Below, piece after piece: positions 60,644 through 64,000 of a DNA stretch of 64,000 nucleotides. The stretch spans positions 32,001 through 96,000 of the forward strand of contig CAVUPH010000020.1 in NCBI GenBank assembly GCA_963743305.1. Direction: 5' to 3'. The stretch comes from an uncultured delta proteobacterium. Lineage in GTDB: Bacteria; Desulfobacterota; RBG-13-43-22. The number at the start of each line of letters is the position of its first letter. The stretch's first letter is position 1. The translations under genes were made by a program, and so were the position numbers. Under the pieces are notes generated by a model. It saw only the letters and a program-made list of their open reading frames with translations. It was not told the DNA's origin and ran no database searches.

Positions 60644-61865
60644 GGGCGGTTTCCCCGGAGGCGTTAGGATCATGATTCTCCAAAACCTTTTCATGCTTGA
60701 CGGTCAATTGGAAAAGCCGTTCGGCCAAAATAACCGAGATGTTTTTGATGAGCTTATAGGGGGCCGTGAGGTTGGCCTCCAAAAGCTCGTTGAACTTGTC
60801 CTGATCGATTTCGATCAATTTGCAGGGGGTGGCGGCCACGACGGTCATGGACCGGGGCACATGGAGCAGGAAGGCCATTTCCCCCAGGACCGATCCCCGT
60901 CCGATCCGCAGGTGCCAGGAACCCGGTTTGGAATAATGCCCCCGCCGGACCTCCACCTCCCCCTCCAAAATCAGGTAAAAATTTTCCCCGATGGCCCCTT
61001 CCCGGAGGATGATTTCCTCCGGTTCGAATTCAATGGTCTTGGCCGTTTTCAGGAGCAGGAATATTTCCGCCGGTTTCAGGTCATGGAAAATTTCAAATTC
61101 CTTAGCCTCGTCCCGTTCGGATTGGGTCACTTCCTGCGGCACCAGCCACTGCAGGTAACCGGTGCGCTGGTACTTGCGGATGCGGTCGGGCAGGACTTCA
61201 TTCCAGTACTTGTTGAAGGTATAGCCTTCGTAATTCTTTTTTAAGGTGGTCCCCGGATCGATCAGGACAAATTGAGTGGGATCTTTAAACTTCCCCCCTT
61301 CGCTCAAGACATAAATGTTATTGGGGCTAACGCTGACTTTGCAATCGGGCCGCTTTTTGAATAATTCCAAAAGACGGTTCAAGAATTTTTCCAGGCCTTC
61401 CAGGATCAATTGCTGGCTTTTAACCGATAATTCGTTGAAGCGCAGATAAAGGCTGGTAATGGATTCCCCCTCTACAAATTCTTTGATACAAAAACGGCCT
61501 AAGGGATCCAAATGAAATATACGAGGGACGTACACTTGTTCGGAAAGGAAAAAATCCGTGGTCATGGCCTCTTCCAGGAGGCGCTCGCGACAAACCGGCT
61601 GCTGTTTGGCCACCTTGAGGCAGAGGGACCCCCGGGCCTCCGGGAGGGTTAGTGAATGGGAACGCAGCGGATAGACGATGCCGCGATCCCCCTCCCCGAG
61701 AGGCGGCAGGTTGATTCCCAGGGTGACCCCGCCGTAGACTTGATCGCTTTCCTTGAATCCGGCGGTGGCAGCCTGCTGCAAGGCCTCAAAAAAAACCACG
61801 GCCTGATCCTCCAATTCCGGGGCTTCAAACGCTTGAAGGGGTTTCTTTGCCGATGTCATAGTCAC
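60636..61865 (-). CDS. Minimal protein-kinase-like domain lacking the catalytic Asp, fused to a cNMP-binding domain
   Basis: LGEGDRGIVY, LKVAK, KEFVEGE, KVSVSPNNI, LIDPG; C-terminal REG..GENFYLILEGEVEV...LGEMAFL..PRSMTV. Confidence 0.8.
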   Translation of the reverse strand: MTMTSAKKPLQAFEAPELEDQAVVFFEALQQAATAGFKESDQVYGGVTLGINLPPLGEGDRGIVYPLRSHSLTLPEARGSLCLKVAKQQPVCRERLLEEAMTTDFFLSEQVYVPRIFHLDPLGRFCIKEFVEGESITSLYLRFNELSVKSQQLILEGLEKFLNRLLELFKKRPDCKVSVSPNNIYVLSEGGKFKDPTQFVLIDPGTTLKKNYEGYTFNKYWNEVLPDRIRKYQRTGYLQWLVPQEVTQSERDEAKEFEIFHDLKPAEIFLLLKTAKTIEFEPEEIILREGAIGENFYLILEGEVEVRRGHYSKPGSWHLRIGRGSVLGEMAFLLHVPRSMTVVAATPCKLIEIDQDKFNELLEANLTAPYKLIKNISVILAERLFQLTVKHEKVLENHDPNASGETAHG

Positions 61866-63100
61866 CTCTCTGCGGAAAGATTTTTGCTTCGTTCCTCTTT
61901 TTCGGCCCTCCAGCCCAAAAAGAAAACCACGGATCCCAAAAGGGGAAAAATACCCAGCCAGCCGAAAAGGGTGCGGGCCGATACCTGAAAGGTGGTTACC
62001 AATAGATAGACCGCCCCCATGGCCGCCAAACCAAAAATCCGGCTGCCGAAACTGGTGGTGGATTTGGCCCTTCCCTGAATGTGGGCCTCGGAGTAGCGGT
62101 TCACGATGGCGTCAATCCCCACGGCTTCGGAGGCCTGGCCGGCCCCCACCAGGGCCCCCACCAGGCAGGCCAGGAAGACGTCATTCACCAGATTAAAGCC
62201 GAAGAAAGCCATCCCAATTACGATCAGGGAAACTCCGGTAAGAAAAAAAGTGGAACGGTAGGCGAAGAAAAAAGGGATCACCAGGGCGGTGACCACCACC
62301 TTGCCTGCGGATTGGGCGGATTCAAAATAGCCGTAGGACGACAGCCCTTTGGCCAGGTGGGCCAGGTAAACCACCGATAGTACGGTAAAGGAGCCGCGAC
62401 CCACCGCTACCAGGGAACGGCCGATTAATAAAAGCCGCAGGGGTTTCTTGCCCCAGGTATAGCGGAGCCCCTCTTTTTGGCTGGCCCAATAGGATTTTTT
62501 ACGGACCCTCTGGTAATCAATGATGGATTCTCCGGTCAGTTGTAGGCGGGTGACCAGCAGGAAGGAAAGAAAGAATAGAGGTGGTCCCCAAAGAACTGCC
62601 ACTTTGAGCCCCAGCCAACCGGACACCAGACTGGCCAGGGCGTAGCCCGTGATATTGCTGAAATGGTTGGCGGCGTCCACCTGGGATAAGACTTTGGTCC
62701 CTTCCTTAACCGGAAAATTGACTTTAACCACTTTGTCGGCCGCCGGTTTAAAGAAAATAAAGACAAAATCTCCTAAAAAAGAAAGGACCAGATAAACCGG
62801 GTAGGGATAGCCCCAAAGCACGGCCGCCACCAGCATCAGGCTCAGGATCGTCCGCAGCAGCTCGGCGGCCATCAGGGAGGTGCGAATATGCAGTTTGTCG
62901 ATAAAGGGGCCGGATATGGCGTTGATCAGTATTTCGCAGACATACCGAAACACCAGCACCAAGCCGGCGATCATGGGGTCATGGCTCTTAGAGGCGACTA
63001 AGAGGACCGAGAGGATCCGCAAAAAGCCGTCTCCGATCCGGGTAAAAACCCGGCTGGAGATCAGCAAGAAGAAATCTTTTTGGATAGTGGAGGGTTCCAT
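61862..63100 (-). CDS. MFS transporter
   Basis: About 12 hydrophobic segments, SGPFIDKL.IR motif A variant, FFKPA, EGLRY, QGRA. Confidence 0.85.
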   Translation of the reverse strand: MEPSTIQKDFFLLISSRVFTRIGDGFLRILSVLLVASKSHDPMIAGLVLVFRYVCEILINAISGPFIDKLHIRTSLMAAELLRTILSLMLVAAVLWGYPYPVYLVLSFLGDFVFIFFKPAADKVVKVNFPVKEGTKVLSQVDAANHFSNITGYALASLVSGWLGLKVAVLWGPPLFFLSFLLVTRLQLTGESIIDYQRVRKKSYWASQKEGLRYTWGKKPLRLLLIGRSLVAVGRGSFTVLSVVYLAHLAKGLSSYGYFESAQSAGKVVVTALVIPFFFAYRSTFFLTGVSLIVIGMAFFGFNLVNDVFLACLVGALVGAGQASEAVGIDAIVNRYSEAHIQGRAKSTTSFGSRIFGLAAMGAVYLLVTTFQVSARTLFGWLGIFPLLGSVVFFLGWRAEKEERSKNLSAER

Positions 63101-63165
63101 AAATAGTCGTCGCTATTCTAATAGCAAACCTTTCGGCGGGAGTCAATCCCAGTTTTTTCGGAGGT

Positions 63166-63194
63166 TTGACTTTGCTGAACCTTGGGAGTATAAT
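63166..63194 (+). promoter_or_regulatory. Sigma70 promoter of the FHA gene
   Basis: TTGACT-N17-TATAAT. Confidence 0.7.
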
Positions 63195-63223
63195 CATAAA
63201 AAAAACTTAACTAAGAATACGGT

Positions 63224-64000
63224 ATGCTCTATAAACTGCAAATTACCCCATCCGTCGGAAAGCGCTGGATCTATACCATAGAAAAACCGTTGGCCAGAAT
63301 CGGCCGGACCCCTCACTGCGAAGTGGTCATCAACGACCCGCTGGTTTCACGAGAACACTGTCTGCTGCAATTGATGCCCGAGGGACTGTTTTTGGAGGAT
63401 TTGCACAGCGCCAACGGCACCCTGGTCAATGAACAGCGGATTACCCGGGTCTTGCTGCATCCCGGAGATAAGATACGTTTGGGGCTGTCGGAATTCGTCC
63501 TGGAACAGATCCCTGAAAGAGAAGCGGTCCTTCCGGCTCCGCCGGCTCAGACCCCGGATCCGGGGCTCAGGCAGAGCGATCCAGGGGCAGCCCAGCAGCC
63601 GCGAGAAGCTGAACCGGAGAAGGCGGTAAAACCTTGGCCGGTGAAATCGCCGGAGGCGAAGCCGAAGAAACCTTCCTCGGAGAAATCGCCGGAGGCCAAG
63701 CCGAAGACCGAAGGGGAACCCCCGGTACCCCCCATTCCTCTGGTTTCCCCCAACCAAGAACCACCTTCCCTACTGGTCATTCATCCCGGATGTCCGAAAA
63801 TTGAGAAGCAACTCGAACCGCTGGTCGCTTCCGGAGTGGTGATCCGGCAGGCCACCGAACGGGATCAGGTCCGGGCGGCCCTGGAGAACCCGCTGCCCGA
63901 TTGCATCCTGCTCTGCCATCAGATCCCGGAGCCTCTGGAAATTTATCAGGAGCTGCGTTCCCATTCACAAAACATGCCCATTGTATTGTTACTCCATGGG
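63224..64000 (+). CDS. FHA domain protein with Pro/Glu/Lys-rich linker and probable degenerate receiver domain (partial; absent from ORF track because it has no stop in the window)
   Basis: Translated by hand: MLYKLQ...RIGRTPHCEVVINDPLVSREHC...LEDLHSANGTLVN...LHPGDKIRLG; later LLVIH...PDCILL...MPIVLL. Confidence 0.85.
   Translation, partial: MLYKLQITPSVGKRWIYTIEKPLARIGRTPHCEVVINDPLVSREHCLLQLMPEGLFLEDLHSANGTLVNEQRITRVLLHPGDKIRLGLSEFVLEQIPEREAVLPAPPAQTPDPGLRQSDPGAAQQPREAEPEKAVKPWPVKSPEAKPKKPSSEKSPEAKPKTEGEPPVPPIPLVSPNQEPPSLLVIHPGCPKIEKQLEPLVASGVVIRQATERDQVRAALENPLPDCILLCHQIPEPLEIYQELRSHSQNMPIVLLLHG

Overview
Mostly core chromosome of a moderately GC-rich bacterium, most consistent with a deltaproteobacterium (Desulfobacterota-like); this assignment is inferred from gene content such as sigma54-lpxC with DUF4390-ntrYX, glnS and archease-rtcB. 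The window holds cell-envelope and glycosylation genes (YdjC-GT2-YfhO, mltA, lpxC, two gmd paralogs, GT4/GT2/GT9), housekeeping genes (nadK, miaB, glnS, gap, guaBA, dnaE, hbd, nfo), tRNA-Val and tRNA-Asp, several intergenic repeat families and a small hicB/vapBC islet. Main points: (1) RtcB RNA ligase is split by an in-frame TGA exactly at its metal-binding Cys (GYDIN-TGA-GVRL), followed by a SECIS-like hairpin, so it is probably a selenocysteine RtcB. (2) A second candidate selenoprotein, a secreted DUF1573-like protein with G-U-G-C, has a perfect hairpin after its UGA. (3) A translationally coupled operon encodes an MFS transporter and two paralogous minimal kinase-fold proteins that both lack the catalytic Asp; one is fused to a cNMP-binding domain, the other to a Zn ribbon, and the operon is divergent from an FHA protein. 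(4) vapBC ends in a 59-bp attC-like site and is flanked by structured direct repeats. (5) A ~300-bp structured element with compensatory changes occurs twice. Several genes carry single-base insertions that look like long-read sequencing errors. No database searches were possible, so novelty is unverified throughout.
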